A DNA stretch of 64,000 nucleotides, from the sequence record MN159079.1; one strand, written 5' to 3'. The position numbers and the translations under genes were made by a program. Within the stretch, counting starts at the first letter, position 1; the number at the start of each line of letters is the position of its first letter. The notes under the pieces are model-generated. The model was not told the DNA's origin. It ran no database searches and saw nothing but the letters and a program-made list of their open reading frames with translations. This document shows, piece after piece, positions 29,409 through 38,705 of the stretch.

Positions 29409-30022
29409 TGTCTATACTCATTGAATCGGCAAAATACACTTACGACCCGGAGGAGATTGCCCGTGTCCGCAAACTCTGGGAAGATAAGTTGAAACCCCAA
29501 CCTGAAGAAGAACCCACCCCCACTGTAAAGGAGAAACCTATGAAAGCTACCAACCTGCCGTTTGAAGACTGCAACACCCTGGAGAAATCTTTCCGTGAAC
29601 TGGTCAAAGACAAGCCGGCCGGAATGAACCCGTCCCAGTACATCAAGGTACTGAAAGATATCACCGCCCAAAGCTTCAACGGGAAGAACATGTTCCGGTC
29701 CTGCATCTTCACTCAGCAAGAACGTGTGAAGTACCTGGTGGAAGAAGTGCGTTGTCATTACGACAGCATTTCCTGGCACAAGCGTTTCGGAGGTCGAGGG
29801 ATGTATATTCCTCGTTTGTCAGGGATCGCCATTCCGGTGAACCTCAGCTACAACGATCTCTTCCACAAGGCTCGTCTGGTCATCGCAACTCACCGGCACC
29901 TCGAGTATGTCCAGATCTCTCTTCAGTTCCTCATGACTGACGACAGCATCTGGGTTGATGTTCCCTGCCGGACCAACAACGTCAAAGAAGTTATCGAGCA
30001 ACTGCTCATTCAAGAAGCATAA
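29405..30022 (+). CDS. Hypothetical protein
   Basis: GTGA overlap, GGGAG RBS. Confidence 0.7.
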   Translation: MMSILIESAKYTYDPEEIARVRKLWEDKLKPQPEEEPTPTVKEKPMKATNLPFEDCNTLEKSFRELVKDKPAGMNPSQYIKVLKDITAQSFNGKNMFRSCIFTQQERVKYLVEEVRCHYDSISWHKRFGGRGMYIPRLSGIAIPVNLSYNDLFHKARLVIATHRHLEYVQISLQFLMTDDSIWVDVPCRTNNVKEVIEQLLIQEA

Positions 30023-30031
30023 GGACAAAGT

Positions 30032-30508
30032 ATGAAAAACTATCGTCTGAAAATTAAGGACCTGTTCAAGGGTCGTATCGTGTACCTGGCAGAACCTGGA
30101 TGCACTCCTATCAAGGTAAAGGTAGTTGGACACATCAACTCCTACATTTCCTTCCTGACCATCGCTATCGACACTTCCGGTCGTCCTGAGTCGGAAATCC
30201 TGAAGCAACATAACGGACGGTACAACATCGCAGACCCGGCCATGGTAATGAAGATTGCCGCATCCCGAGGCAAAGAAAGTCCACTCGGGAACGGTTCTGT
30301 TGGGTTGGTGGAACGTCACATCTCACCCATCAAGTATGTTCAGCTTCTGGATGAAAACAACACCCGGCACGATATCCAGGATTTTTATTTTGATCCGTCG
30401 GAATCCAAGCTCAAAGTGTTCTCTAACCTGAAACAAGCCGAGCGTTATGCCGATTTCCCGGAAACGTTTGGCGAAGGTTTGGAATCCATCTTTACCGTAG
30501 AAGAGTAA
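30032..30508 (+). CDS. Hypothetical protein
   Basis: AAGGA RBS. Confidence 0.7.
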   Translation: MKNYRLKIKDLFKGRIVYLAEPGCTPIKVKVVGHINSYISFLTIAIDTSGRPESEILKQHNGRYNIADPAMVMKIAASRGKESPLGNGSVGLVERHISPIKYVQLLDENNTRHDIQDFYFDPSESKLKVFSNLKQAERYADFPETFGEGLESIFTVEE

Positions 30509-30558
30509 CCCTGGCGAGGGGTTTAAGACACCCCTCATCAACATAAGGAATAAGTGTA

Positions 30559-30924
30559 ATGCGCGAAGATCTCCTGAACAAACTGTGTTCCCTGATGACC
30601 GATACCAAGTCCGAACATCGTAATGGTCACGAATCCGGTGAGTGTCGGGTTGCCGGCTCTACCTTCGAACTGGGTACCTTTGAAATCCTGGTCACTTTCG
30701 ATGGTGACGAAGTACACACCAGCGGGCACTGTGGTCTCCAGTACCTCACCATCAGTAAGACCGACCGTGAACTGACCATCAAGGTTGTTCGTCGGAAAGG
30801 TGCGTTCATCAAGAACGACGTCAAACTGATGGCTCACGATACCGGTGGTTTGATCGAGTGGTACAACGCCTGGTTCGCCGAGGTCATGGCCGAGAACAAA
30901 CGTCCCACCCCTATGAACTATTAA
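30559..30924 (+). CDS. Hypothetical protein
   Basis: AAGGA RBS. Confidence 0.7.
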   Translation: MREDLLNKLCSLMTDTKSEHRNGHESGECRVAGSTFELGTFEILVTFDGDEVHTSGHCGLQYLTISKTDRELTIKVVRRKGAFIKNDVKLMAHDTGGLIEWYNAWFAEVMAENKRPTPMNY

Positions 30925-30930
30925 GGAAGT

Positions 30931-31254
30931 GTGATGTCTAAACGGTTAGATTCGTTATGGGCAAGTGCCGAACGAGAGGTGGAGATCTTCACCTCTCAGA
31001 AACAAGGTACGCTTCTCGATCGGTTCAAATCCTTGGTGGCGTACAAGAACGGTGATCGTTCAATCAACGTTACTTCAGAGATGTTCCAAGTTCGGTCGTA
31101 TTTGGCTCCAGTGGTCAAGGGAGTACCGATTTATAAAGTCTGGGAGAATATGTATTCAGTCTCCCACCGGTTGCTGAAAGGTCGGAGCGTAGATTACTAT
31201 CTCTGTCAATTCATCAAATCCATGCGTGAACTCAACAAGAGTATAAAGCAATGA
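30931..31254 (+). CDS. Hypothetical protein
   Basis: AAGGA RBS, operon packing. Confidence 0.7.
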   Translation: MMSKRLDSLWASAEREVEIFTSQKQGTLLDRFKSLVAYKNGDRSINVTSEMFQVRSYLAPVVKGVPIYKVWENMYSVSHRLLKGRSVDYYLCQFIKSMRELNKSIKQ

Positions 31255-31637
31255 AAACTTCTATCATCCTGAAAGAACTCATGAACATCGTCTTCCAAGG
31301 CGGCATTCGTGAGAACAACAAAGATGCGTTTGGACCGGAACTCCATCAAGTCCTGACTCATCTGGGTAAAGTCTCCCCGGTATTCGTGGAGGAGGAAAGT
31401 GGAATTGCCACCCACATCCGACGTGATAACCACTCCTTGGTTATCGCTTACGACCTGGACCTCACTGTCTGGACCTGTATCTATACAGAACTGGACGATG
31501 AAGAACGAGTTGTACGCGAACTCTCTTCTGCCGTAGAACTCCGTGGCATTGAACACGAGGATTGGTTTGTTGAGGAGAACTTCCGGTACGTCCAGACTGC
31601 GTTCTCTCCGATCGTCGGGTGCTTCGTTCCGGCTTGA
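31251..31637 (+). CDS. Hypothetical protein
   Basis: ATGA overlap. Confidence 0.7.
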   Translation: MKTSIILKELMNIVFQGGIRENNKDAFGPELHQVLTHLGKVSPVFVEEESGIATHIRRDNHSLVIAYDLDLTVWTCIYTELDDEERVVRELSSAVELRGIEHEDWFVEENFRYVQTAFSPIVGCFVPA

Positions 31638-31669
31638 ATCCTTTGCTAATAACAGAAGAGGATATCTCC

Positions 31670-32023
31670 GTGTCTGAAAGTAAAGATGAATCGGTACCAA
31701 CCGGACCCGTTCCCGGTGTATTGTCACCGATCACCTGGCTCATGTACTACGCTAAAAGCGACGTAGCCAGTTTCGAGGGTGAGTTTGACGGCGTGATGTA
31801 CAAGCTGTCTCTTTCCCGTTCTACTATCACCCGTGAAGTAACTGGTTACATTGGTCGGGGTCGGATCAACGCTACCGACATCACCATCCGTGGGACTCAG
31901 TATACTTGGTTGACCAGTGATCTGGATACAGACACTAACAAGTATCCTGACGAACTGGGTGAAGGTAAAATCAACAAGCTCGGTCTCGAAGTCCATGAGT
32001 TTGTGAAGTCTCTGAACGAATAA
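31670..32023 (+). CDS. Hypothetical protein
   Basis: GAGGA RBS before the GTG at 31670. Confidence 0.65.
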   Translation: MSESKDESVPTGPVPGVLSPITWLMYYAKSDVASFEGEFDGVMYKLSLSRSTITREVTGYIGRGRINATDITIRGTQYTWLTSDLDTDTNKYPDELGEGKINKLGLEVHEFVKSLNE

Positions 32024-32039
32024 TCATTCAACATAATAA

Positions 32040-32070
32040 ACCCTACACCGGCGTTATGCTGGTGTAGGGT
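32040..32070 (+). terminator. Intrinsic terminator
   Basis: accctacaccggc-gttat-gctggtgtagggt followed by atttactattt. Confidence 0.75.
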
Positions 32071-32093
32071 ATTTACTATTTAAGGGAAATAAC

Positions 32094-32774
32094 ATGAACA
32101 ACGTATTTGCTATTAAAGACATTCTTTCCATGAAGCCTGTTTTCAACGCTCAACTGGTTCCCTTTCTTTCTCAAGGCCCGATGATCATCGGTAACGGTCC
32201 GTGTCGACCTGTAGTGGGTGTGAGCCGCCTCTACGAGACCACTACTGACATGGGTGCCAATGTGGCGTACCGTGTTCGTCTGGGTGTCCACAATGAAGAT
32301 TGTAGCGACGTGGTTGCTGAACGGATTGGCATGACGATCGTACTGATCCCCAAGCTGGCCACTGAAGAAGAATTCGCAGAGCTACTCTGGACCGGCGTGA
32401 TGCGTGTTATCGGTCAACTTTACCGCCGTTACATCCGGGAAGAGAATGGCATCTCTCTGGGTAAATCCCTGACGGTTGAAGAGTACGTTCGAGGACTCAT
32501 CTCTGTGGGAACATTTACCGATAAAGAAGTGGTGCTTGTTCCCAAGGGTCACGACATCGTTCTGGAGCGTGAAGGTGTGGTGTACTTCCAGGACGCATGT
32601 ATCCAAACCGACTATGCTTCTCTCTGCTGTGTACGCAATGAAGAGGAACAAGTGATCGGTACAGGCGCACCGCGTTCCATGAAAGTGTCTCGACTGGTCA
32701 ATGCTATCGACGCGGCCATCGAGGCAAAAGTCGAACACTGCTCCGAATTCGCTGAGAAAGTAATCGCTATCTAA
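32094..32774 (+). CDS. Hypothetical protein
   Basis: AAGGG RBS, 226 aa. Confidence 0.75.
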   Translation: MNNVFAIKDILSMKPVFNAQLVPFLSQGPMIIGNGPCRPVVGVSRLYETTTDMGANVAYRVRLGVHNEDCSDVVAERIGMTIVLIPKLATEEEFAELLWTGVMRVIGQLYRRYIREENGISLGKSLTVEEYVRGLISVGTFTDKEVVLVPKGHDIVLEREGVVYFQDACIQTDYASLCCVRNEEEQVIGTGAPRSMKVSRLVNAIDAAIEAKVEHCSEFAEKVIAI

Positions 32775-32784
32775 GGAGATAGAA

Positions 32785-33519
32785 ATGCAAGCAGAAACAA
32801 AACTCACAATGAACCCACTGCTCCGTCTGATGTGTGTCGGTCCATCCAGGAATCTTCCTCCTGTAGAAAAGATGACTGCCACCAAGGGTAAGTGCCGGTA
32901 CGACGCAGAACTGGTAAACCGGACAGCAAAAGACTGTGTGTACAAGATCAAGATCACGTTCCCTGGCGGTGTCTACACCCATATCTGGTTGATTCAGAAC
33001 CATGTCGTTCAAGTTGTCCGGGTGTCATTCAACGAACTGCTTTCACCGACCAGTGTCAGTTTCACCTATGAAGGTGCGGCTGATCTCTTGGAGGGTTGGT
33101 TGAATGAGTTACTTCATGGGATCTACGTTCGAAACTATGATCCCGACTTTCATGAACTCCCGGTGAAGGAAGTCGTTTACAAAGAACTCCCGCCAGTGTT
33201 GTTTGAAGAGATAGATGTTAACGTCCGTAACGCCTGCTCGATTAACGAGGTGGGTTATGAGATCAGTTTCATCATCGCTTCCATTGTGGTACACGATAAG
33301 AGTGACAATCGAAAGCTTGCCATTCTGCAACGTTGGGGATTCACCGACGTGGCTATTGATCGTGAAAACGACATCTTGACCTTTAACCATTTCGGTCGAA
33401 AGGTCGTCCAGGATAACAAGAAAGCCACTTGCATTCGCGGCGGAGTGTATCTTGGTCACAGCATGAACCTTCGTCAAGTTGTGGCCGCCTGTATTGTAAT
33501 CGGTGATAAGGATCGATAA
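32785..33519 (+). CDS. Hypothetical protein
   Basis: AAGGAG RBS, 244 aa. Confidence 0.75.
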   Translation: MQAETKLTMNPLLRLMCVGPSRNLPPVEKMTATKGKCRYDAELVNRTAKDCVYKIKITFPGGVYTHIWLIQNHVVQVVRVSFNELLSPTSVSFTYEGAADLLEGWLNELLHGIYVRNYDPDFHELPVKEVVYKELPPVLFEEIDVNVRNACSINEVGYEISFIIASIVVHDKSDNRKLAILQRWGFTDVAIDRENDILTFNHFGRKVVQDNKKATCIRGGVYLGHSMNLRQVVAACIVIGDKDR

Positions 33520-33921
33520 ATGAAAAAGTTTATGGCTGTGGTAACGATGTTGTTGATCGCATTCGGTATGTACTTCGTTTACAAAGTAGCTGAAGTCTAC
33601 CAGGAACCTGTCGAGGCCCGCGGTAAACTTATCGAATGTTACATTGATGGTGAGGTGACTGTAAACCCCGCTTACAAATGTGACTACAATGTAGGTGATG
33701 GTAAACATTACACCATCGAGATCTCTCGTCAGGATTGGAGAAAGGAATACTTCCGGGTTGGCCATGAGCGCGATCTTCGTATCTATAACGATAACGTAGA
33801 TGCGGTGATTATCATAGCCGCCATTTTGGAACTGTTCCTTTTCCTGTTCTTCCTTGCGATGTTTTGGACCTTGACCAGGTCTGAACCCAAAGAGGTAACT
33901 GCACGATGGAGAGAAGGATAA
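33520..33921 (+). CDS. Membrane protein, two TM helices flanking a small beta domain (DUF3592-like architecture)
   Basis: Hydrophobic N-terminal (FMAVVTMLLIAFGMYFVY) and C-terminal (AVIIIAAILELFLFLFFLAMFW) segments. Confidence 0.7.
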   Translation: MKKFMAVVTMLLIAFGMYFVYKVAEVYQEPVEARGKLIECYIDGEVTVNPAYKCDYNVGDGKHYTIEISRQDWRKEYFRVGHERDLRIYNDNVDAVIIIAAILELFLFLFFLAMFWTLTRSEPKEVTARWREG

Positions 33922-34082
33922 TGCTCATTGCTGGGGTGATCTCGATCATGATCGCCTTGGCTTTCTTTATCGATATCGTCGGGCTGATCAAGTCAGGTAA
34001 CATCGGTAGCGAATTAGGCTGGCTCATACTTGGAGGTTTCTCCATGGGGCTAATTGGTATTAAACTGTTAGACGAGGTATAA
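33921..34082 (+). CDS. Small two-TM membrane protein, 53 aa (not in ORF track)
   Basis: TAATG overlap; MLIAGVISIMIALAFFIDIVGLIKSGNIGSELGWLILGGFSMGLIGIKLLDEV; abuts the next start. Confidence 0.65.
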   Translation: MLIAGVISIMIALAFFIDIVGLIKSGNIGSELGWLILGGFSMGLIGIKLLDEV

Positions 34083-34445
34083 ATGAAGACCGAAGAAATC
34101 GTTAATGTACTGGGTTTGTTGGACAACGAACAGGACATCGAGGAAATTACCAAGGCTGGTATCAAGTCGGTACGTTGCGAGTCCCCTGAACCGCACTGGA
34201 TCATCGGGACTGATAACGTTGCTCTTCGAGTCCGTTTCATAACGAGTATCGAGACTGCCAACTTCTTCTCGATCAGTGTTGGATTTGTCGAGGACACTGA
34301 AGATCCTGAAGGGACTTTCAAGATAGTCGCCAAGTCTGACCGCGAGTGGGTGGATCAAGAATACGAAACGTTGAAACAGATGATCTGTGCAACTGTTCGT
34401 GAACTGGTCTCCCCATGGAGTCCCGCCAACCCTGATCCGTTTTAA
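34083..34445 (+). CDS. Hypothetical protein
   Basis: GAGG RBS. Confidence 0.7.
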   Translation: MKTEEIVNVLGLLDNEQDIEEITKAGIKSVRCESPEPHWIIGTDNVALRVRFITSIETANFFSISVGFVEDTEDPEGTFKIVAKSDREWVDQEYETLKQMICATVRELVSPWSPANPDPF

Positions 34446-34454
34446 GGGGAAGTA

Positions 34455-34607
34455 ATGAACCTTGATAAAGGTGGCTCTATCGGACGTGCTATCCAGGAGT
34501 ATGTCGAGTTTCAACTCTGGATGTCTGACCAAGAGCAAAACAAAAACTGTCTTCGAAATCAACCTAAGGGAGAACTCCGTATTCTCCCCAAGCAAAAGAA
34601 GGATTAG
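34455..34607 (+). CDS. Small hypothetical protein, 50 aa (not in ORF track)
   Basis: AAGGGG RBS; MNLDKGGSIGRAIQEY...KQKKD fills the gap exactly. Confidence 0.55.
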   Translation: MNLDKGGSIGRAIQEYVEFQLWMSDQEQNKNCLRNQPKGELRILPKQKKD

Positions 34608-34610
34608 ACA

Positions 34611-35129
34611 ATGAACAACATTACAGTTGCCCAACTGAAAGCTCACCTCAAGTCAGCAGTGGTGAGATTCCTGGAAACCGACATGATCTCTCACGGTGAC
34701 GAGATCATTTCCAAGATGACCGTCAAGAACCCTCCCAAGGGCGTGATGTCATACGGGTCGATCGTATTCGACTTAACCGAGAAAGCTATACCCTACGCCC
34801 CATCCCGGACCATCACGGCGAGCTTCGATAGCGCTGACATGTATGGCGACATGGATAAAGCCGTAGAAGATGCTGTCTTCCAATACCTCAACAACGTTGG
34901 TGCGGAATCCATCGCTCTGATTCCTGGTCACGAAGTGGTCAAGAGTGGGGTCGGGTTTGAAGTGACGGTGAGGGATGGTGACATCATCCTGTACAACGCC
35001 TCCATGAAAGTTCCGGCTAACATGAAGGAAGGGTTGGACGCTGCCTTTGATCAAGCCGTTGATCTGGCCATGGTGGTCAAATACAAACGGATGGTTTCCG
35101 ATCGTAGTTTCGACAGCGTGGTAATCTGA
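34611..35129 (+). CDS. Hypothetical protein
   Basis: AAGGA RBS. Confidence 0.7.
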   Translation: MNNITVAQLKAHLKSAVVRFLETDMISHGDEIISKMTVKNPPKGVMSYGSIVFDLTEKAIPYAPSRTITASFDSADMYGDMDKAVEDAVFQYLNNVGAESIALIPGHEVVKSGVGFEVTVRDGDIILYNASMKVPANMKEGLDAAFDQAVDLAMVVKYKRMVSDRSFDSVVI

Positions 35130-35142
35130 CAATAATACAAAC

Positions 35143-35170
35143 CCCCTTACTCCCTCTTGGGAGTAAGGGG
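35143..35170. terminator. Bidirectional terminator
   Basis: ccccttactccc-tctt-gggagtaagggg between convergent genes. Confidence 0.75.
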
Positions 35171-35182
35171 TTGTCACTAACT

Positions 35183-35536
35183 TTATTTCTTTCCTTTATA
35201 ATGGCTTTCGCCACCAACCCTAACAGCTACATACATGAGCTGGTAATAACGCCACGACAGTTTGAGTCGAACCTCCATGTTGTATTTAAACAACTTGTCC
35301 GCTTCTTCACGACTCCACATCCCGGTTGCGTACATATAGTCATGCACTAGGGCTGCTGGGAGGTACGTGTGAAATGAGGGATAGAAGGATTGTAACGCTC
35401 TTCCTGTGCTGGCGCCATTACTCCTGAATCCCTTAGGGACTGTGCATTCTGGCGTGACATAGTCTTCTAATAAGACCATTGTACCGTTGGTATAGTCGAA
35501 CTCTACCTTAGGTTTGGCAAATACGAACTCTGACAT
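35183..35536 (-). CDS. DUF1353-family protein
   Basis: TVPKGFRSNGAS, AALVHDYMY, REEADKLF..M motifs as recalled for DUF1353; GAGG RBS. Confidence 0.75.
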   Translation of the reverse strand: MSEFVFAKPKVEFDYTNGTMVLLEDYVTPECTVPKGFRSNGASTGRALQSFYPSFHTYLPAALVHDYMYATGMWSREEADKLFKYNMEVRLKLSWRYYQLMYVAVRVGGESHYKGKK

Positions 35537-35564
35537 AATGACCTCTATTTAATGTGCAAATGAT

Positions 35565-35588
35565 TTCAGAGGTATATTATCTTAGTGG
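35565..35588 (+). promoter_or_regulatory. Recurring promoter-like motif, copy 4
   Basis: ttcagaggtatattatcttagtgg. Confidence 0.6.
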
Positions 35589-35620
35589 ATAAACTAATTT
35601 AATTTTTGTGAGGACTTATT

Positions 35621-36631
35621 ATGTTACCCATTATTGTTGGTGGTATCGCTCTGGCTGCAATCTTCGGTGGTAAGAAAGCATATACCGGACACAGGAAGAA
35701 TGAAAGTGCTGAGGAATTGTTCACACTATCAGAGACTTGCCGAGTAGAGAGTGAAGAGAGTATTAAGCGCTCATCTGAATCACTGGATGAACTCATCAAC
35801 AACTATACGTTGTTCTGTTCTGAATTTGGGAAGGAGATTAATTCCTTTACTATATTGGCTAAAGAAGTAACCGGCGTTCCTGTCACTGAGCTTAACCTGA
35901 ACATTAAGTATGATGACCTGGTTATTGCAACCAACTACGGTGAAGTTGCTAAGGGTATCGCGACAACAATTTCAGGTGGTGTGCTCACTGGCGCACTGAT
36001 GGGGTTCGGTGGTTGGGGGAGTATGTTGTCTCTAGGTGTCGCTAGTACAGGCACACCCATTTCCGCGTTAGCTGGTGCGTCAGCTACCAACGCAGCCCTG
36101 GCTGCATTTGGTGGTGGTAGTCTGGCTACTGGCGGGTTGGGTATCGCCGGCGGTGTAGCCAGTCTGTCTGGAATCACTGTTGTTCCCGCTCTGGCAGCAA
36201 TGGGTTGGAAATATGACCGTGACGCCACCGCTAAATTAGATAGCGCACTTAATGTGGCCGAGGCCGCTTTAGAATTGCGCGAGAATGCCAAGAAGCTCGA
36301 TACGTTCGTTACCGAATTAGAAGAGTACATCGGTTTGGTAATGACTGCGTTAACCAGAATCCGCGAAATCTTTGGTGAATACCACGAAGCACTGCGTAAT
36401 CTCGATATTCTTATAAAAGAACGTCGGGTAAACGAAATCGTGGAAGACGAAGAAAAGCGCATCATTTCGAACGCAATGAACCTGGGCCAGATCGCAGCCA
36501 AGATCATGACCACACCTCTGCTGGTCACTGAAACTGTAGACAACGAGCTTGTCATCAAGAAGAATGATGACGATCTCCCTGAAATAAATTGTGATGGTTT
36601 CATGGCTATAATGGAAAATACCAATCCCTAA
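35621..36631 (+). CDS. Glycine-zipper membrane-inserting protein with coiled coils
   Basis: N-terminal anchor LPIIVGGIALAAIFGG; central GGVLTGALMGFGGWG...STGTPISALAGASATNAALAAFGGGSLATGGLGIAGG. Confidence 0.75.
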   Translation: MLPIIVGGIALAAIFGGKKAYTGHRKNESAEELFTLSETCRVESEESIKRSSESLDELINNYTLFCSEFGKEINSFTILAKEVTGVPVTELNLNIKYDDLVIATNYGEVAKGIATTISGGVLTGALMGFGGWGSMLSLGVASTGTPISALAGASATNAALAAFGGGSLATGGLGIAGGVASLSGITVVPALAAMGWKYDRDATAKLDSALNVAEAALELRENAKKLDTFVTELEEYIGLVMTALTRIREIFGEYHEALRNLDILIKERRVNEIVEDEEKRIISNAMNLGQIAAKIMTTPLLVTETVDNELVIKKNDDDLPEINCDGFMAIMENTNP

Positions 36632-36642
36632 TAGGAGCAAAT

Positions 36643-38217
36643 ATGCAAACTCAAACTTATGATTGGACTGGTGAGTTCAACAAAATGATGGTAAACAGTC
36701 TGATCACAACGTTTGGGTTAGACCCAATGTTGTTTGATGACAAACGAGGTGGTAACGTCACCACTCTCCACAATGTTCGTTCTGAAGGTCTTGTGGCTGG
36801 AGAACATCATCGTGAACTGATAGCGAATAAGCCAGAGTATGACGCGCACGCCGCTCATAACGTTAAGGAATTCCTTGACGCTAAAGCCGAACTCAAGGTA
36901 TTGCGTAAAAGCGGGGTAGAGATCCAAGATGCTTACTCGGATCAAATCCTTAACAATTCCAGAACTGACCTGGATCACATCGTCTCTGCTAAGGCGATTG
37001 ATGCAGATCCGGCAAGAATCATTTCTGGATTGAACGTGGGTGAACTTGCCGCTATAGAGGAAAACCTCACTCCTACCTCTGCGAGCATTAACCGTTCTAA
37101 AGGTGCTGATTCCGCTGATGAGTTCGAGAAGCGTATTAAACGTGATCAGAAAGTCAGGGATAAGTTCAGAGCGAGTATCGCTGGGAGAACAGATCTCTCC
37201 AAGGAAGAACAGCAAACCCTTAATCTTTACGATCAACAAGAGATGATCGATTTCGATAAGATGCGGGAGCTTGAAGCAAAGGCCAATAACGCTCGTCAAC
37301 GTAAAGAGGACGATGCTTATTATGCGAGTGTTGACTTTGCCAAGCACACAATCAAGGACGCCGGTATCAGCGGTGTAAAGAACGGGACCAAGTTGGTACT
37401 CGGCACTTTGTTCACTGAACTCTGGTTTGAACTTAAAGCAGGTATCCCCGAGATCTATAAGAAACATTCCGGACATTTCGTTCTCGTTAACTTTATGTCT
37501 GATGTTCGTGATCTCCTGGATAAATGCTGGGAACGGATCATGGTTAAGATAGCTGAGGTTCCGGCGTTGTTTATGAACGGCTTGTTCTCTGGTGTAATTA
37601 CCAGTGTAACAACCACCGTAGTTAACAAGGCCACCACTACCGTTAAGCTCTTTGGTCGTTTCTTCAGAACGATCTTTGACGCCATTATCGCCAGTATCAA
37701 AATGATTGTCTTCCCGCCAGCAGGTATGAAGGTTAGCGAACGCGCACAAGGTGTTGTGAACATCCTGTCAGTAGCAATCGCTGGGTGCGTAGGGATCGCC
37801 GTTAATGGTGCTGTAAATGCCAGTTACACAGGTCCCTTCGCAGAAGAGGTCGGCCTCTTCCTGGGCATGCTGGCCACTGGTATTGTAACTATTACTTGTG
37901 GCTATTTCATTAACCATTCACCAACAGTTCAAAAGTTCTGGAATTTCTTCAACCACTTCAAATCAACAGAGGTGCAAACTCTCGAACATACTAACATGCT
38001 TAATGAGAAGCTAAATAAGTTGTTCGAGGATATCGCTGAAGTTGAAATGGGGCTGGATGCAGAAGAACTTTCACAGTTTGTTTCATCCTTGCGTGGAAGC
38101 AGTACTGAATCTGATCGCACTCAAGTACTGAAAGTACAGATCGAGAAGATGGGTATTGACTCACCATTCATCCCAGGAGATATCGAATCCATCGATTCCT
38201 GGTTAGCAACACTTTAA
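36643..38217 (+). CDS. HNH-like (His-Me finger) domain protein with C-terminal hydrophobic helices
   Basis: DLDHIVSAK...ENLTPTSASINRSKG; hydrophobic GVVNILSVAIAGCVGIAV...GLFLGMLATGIVTITCGYF; AGGAG RBS. Confidence 0.65.
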   Translation: MQTQTYDWTGEFNKMMVNSLITTFGLDPMLFDDKRGGNVTTLHNVRSEGLVAGEHHRELIANKPEYDAHAAHNVKEFLDAKAELKVLRKSGVEIQDAYSDQILNNSRTDLDHIVSAKAIDADPARIISGLNVGELAAIEENLTPTSASINRSKGADSADEFEKRIKRDQKVRDKFRASIAGRTDLSKEEQQTLNLYDQQEMIDFDKMRELEAKANNARQRKEDDAYYASVDFAKHTIKDAGISGVKNGTKLVLGTLFTELWFELKAGIPEIYKKHSGHFVLVNFMSDVRDLLDKCWERIMVKIAEVPALFMNGLFSGVITSVTTTVVNKATTTVKLFGRFFRTIFDAIIASIKMIVFPPAGMKVSERAQGVVNILSVAIAGCVGIAVNGAVNASYTGPFAEEVGLFLGMLATGIVTITCGYFINHSPTVQKFWNFFNHFKSTEVQTLEHTNMLNEKLNKLFEDIAEVEMGLDAEELSQFVSSLRGSSTESDRTQVLKVQIEKMGIDSPFIPGDIESIDSWLATL

Positions 38218-38236
38218 ACCAATTGAGGTAACTACC

Positions 38237-38695
38237 ATGAAAAAGATTATTATCGCTAGCGCTTTTGTATTTGGTTCATTTGCAGTTCAAGCCGCTGACG
38301 TAGCCGTGTTGGGTGGTGGGATGTCCTATCACTTCAAACATGAAGGTCAGAACCAGGTACATCCCAGCATCGGGGTACAGATCGATAACTTCTCCGTTCT
38401 GTACACCACCAAGAATTCCATTGAACTCCCGTCCCTCCAGGTAGCTTATGGCGACAACTTCTTTGAATCCAAAGTTGTTGACTTCGGATATCGGGTTGGG
38501 CTTGCCACTGGGTATCGTAAAGGACACAAGTACAGTAACGGTGAATACTACTACGATGGGCACGAAATCGGAAACACTGGACTTCTCCCTCTGGTGACCA
38601 TCACCACCACCATCCACACCCCAATCCCCAAACTTGACTTGGTCGCTGATACAGCACCTAACGTAGTAATGTTTGGTTTTAAATACAACCTGTAA
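38237..38695 (+). CDS. Outer-membrane beta-barrel protein, PagP-like
   Basis: Signal peptide ending VQA-A; alternating beta-strands; SYH, NQVHPSIGV, KNS, GYRVGLATGY, LLPL; C-terminal beta-signal MFGFKYNL. Confidence 0.65.
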   Translation: MKKIIIASAFVFGSFAVQAADVAVLGGGMSYHFKHEGQNQVHPSIGVQIDNFSVLYTTKNSIELPSLQVAYGDNFFESKVVDFGYRVGLATGYRKGHKYSNGEYYYDGHEIGNTGLLPLVTITTTIHTPIPKLDLVADTAPNVVMFGFKYNL

Positions 38696-38705
38696 GGAGT
38701 TAACT

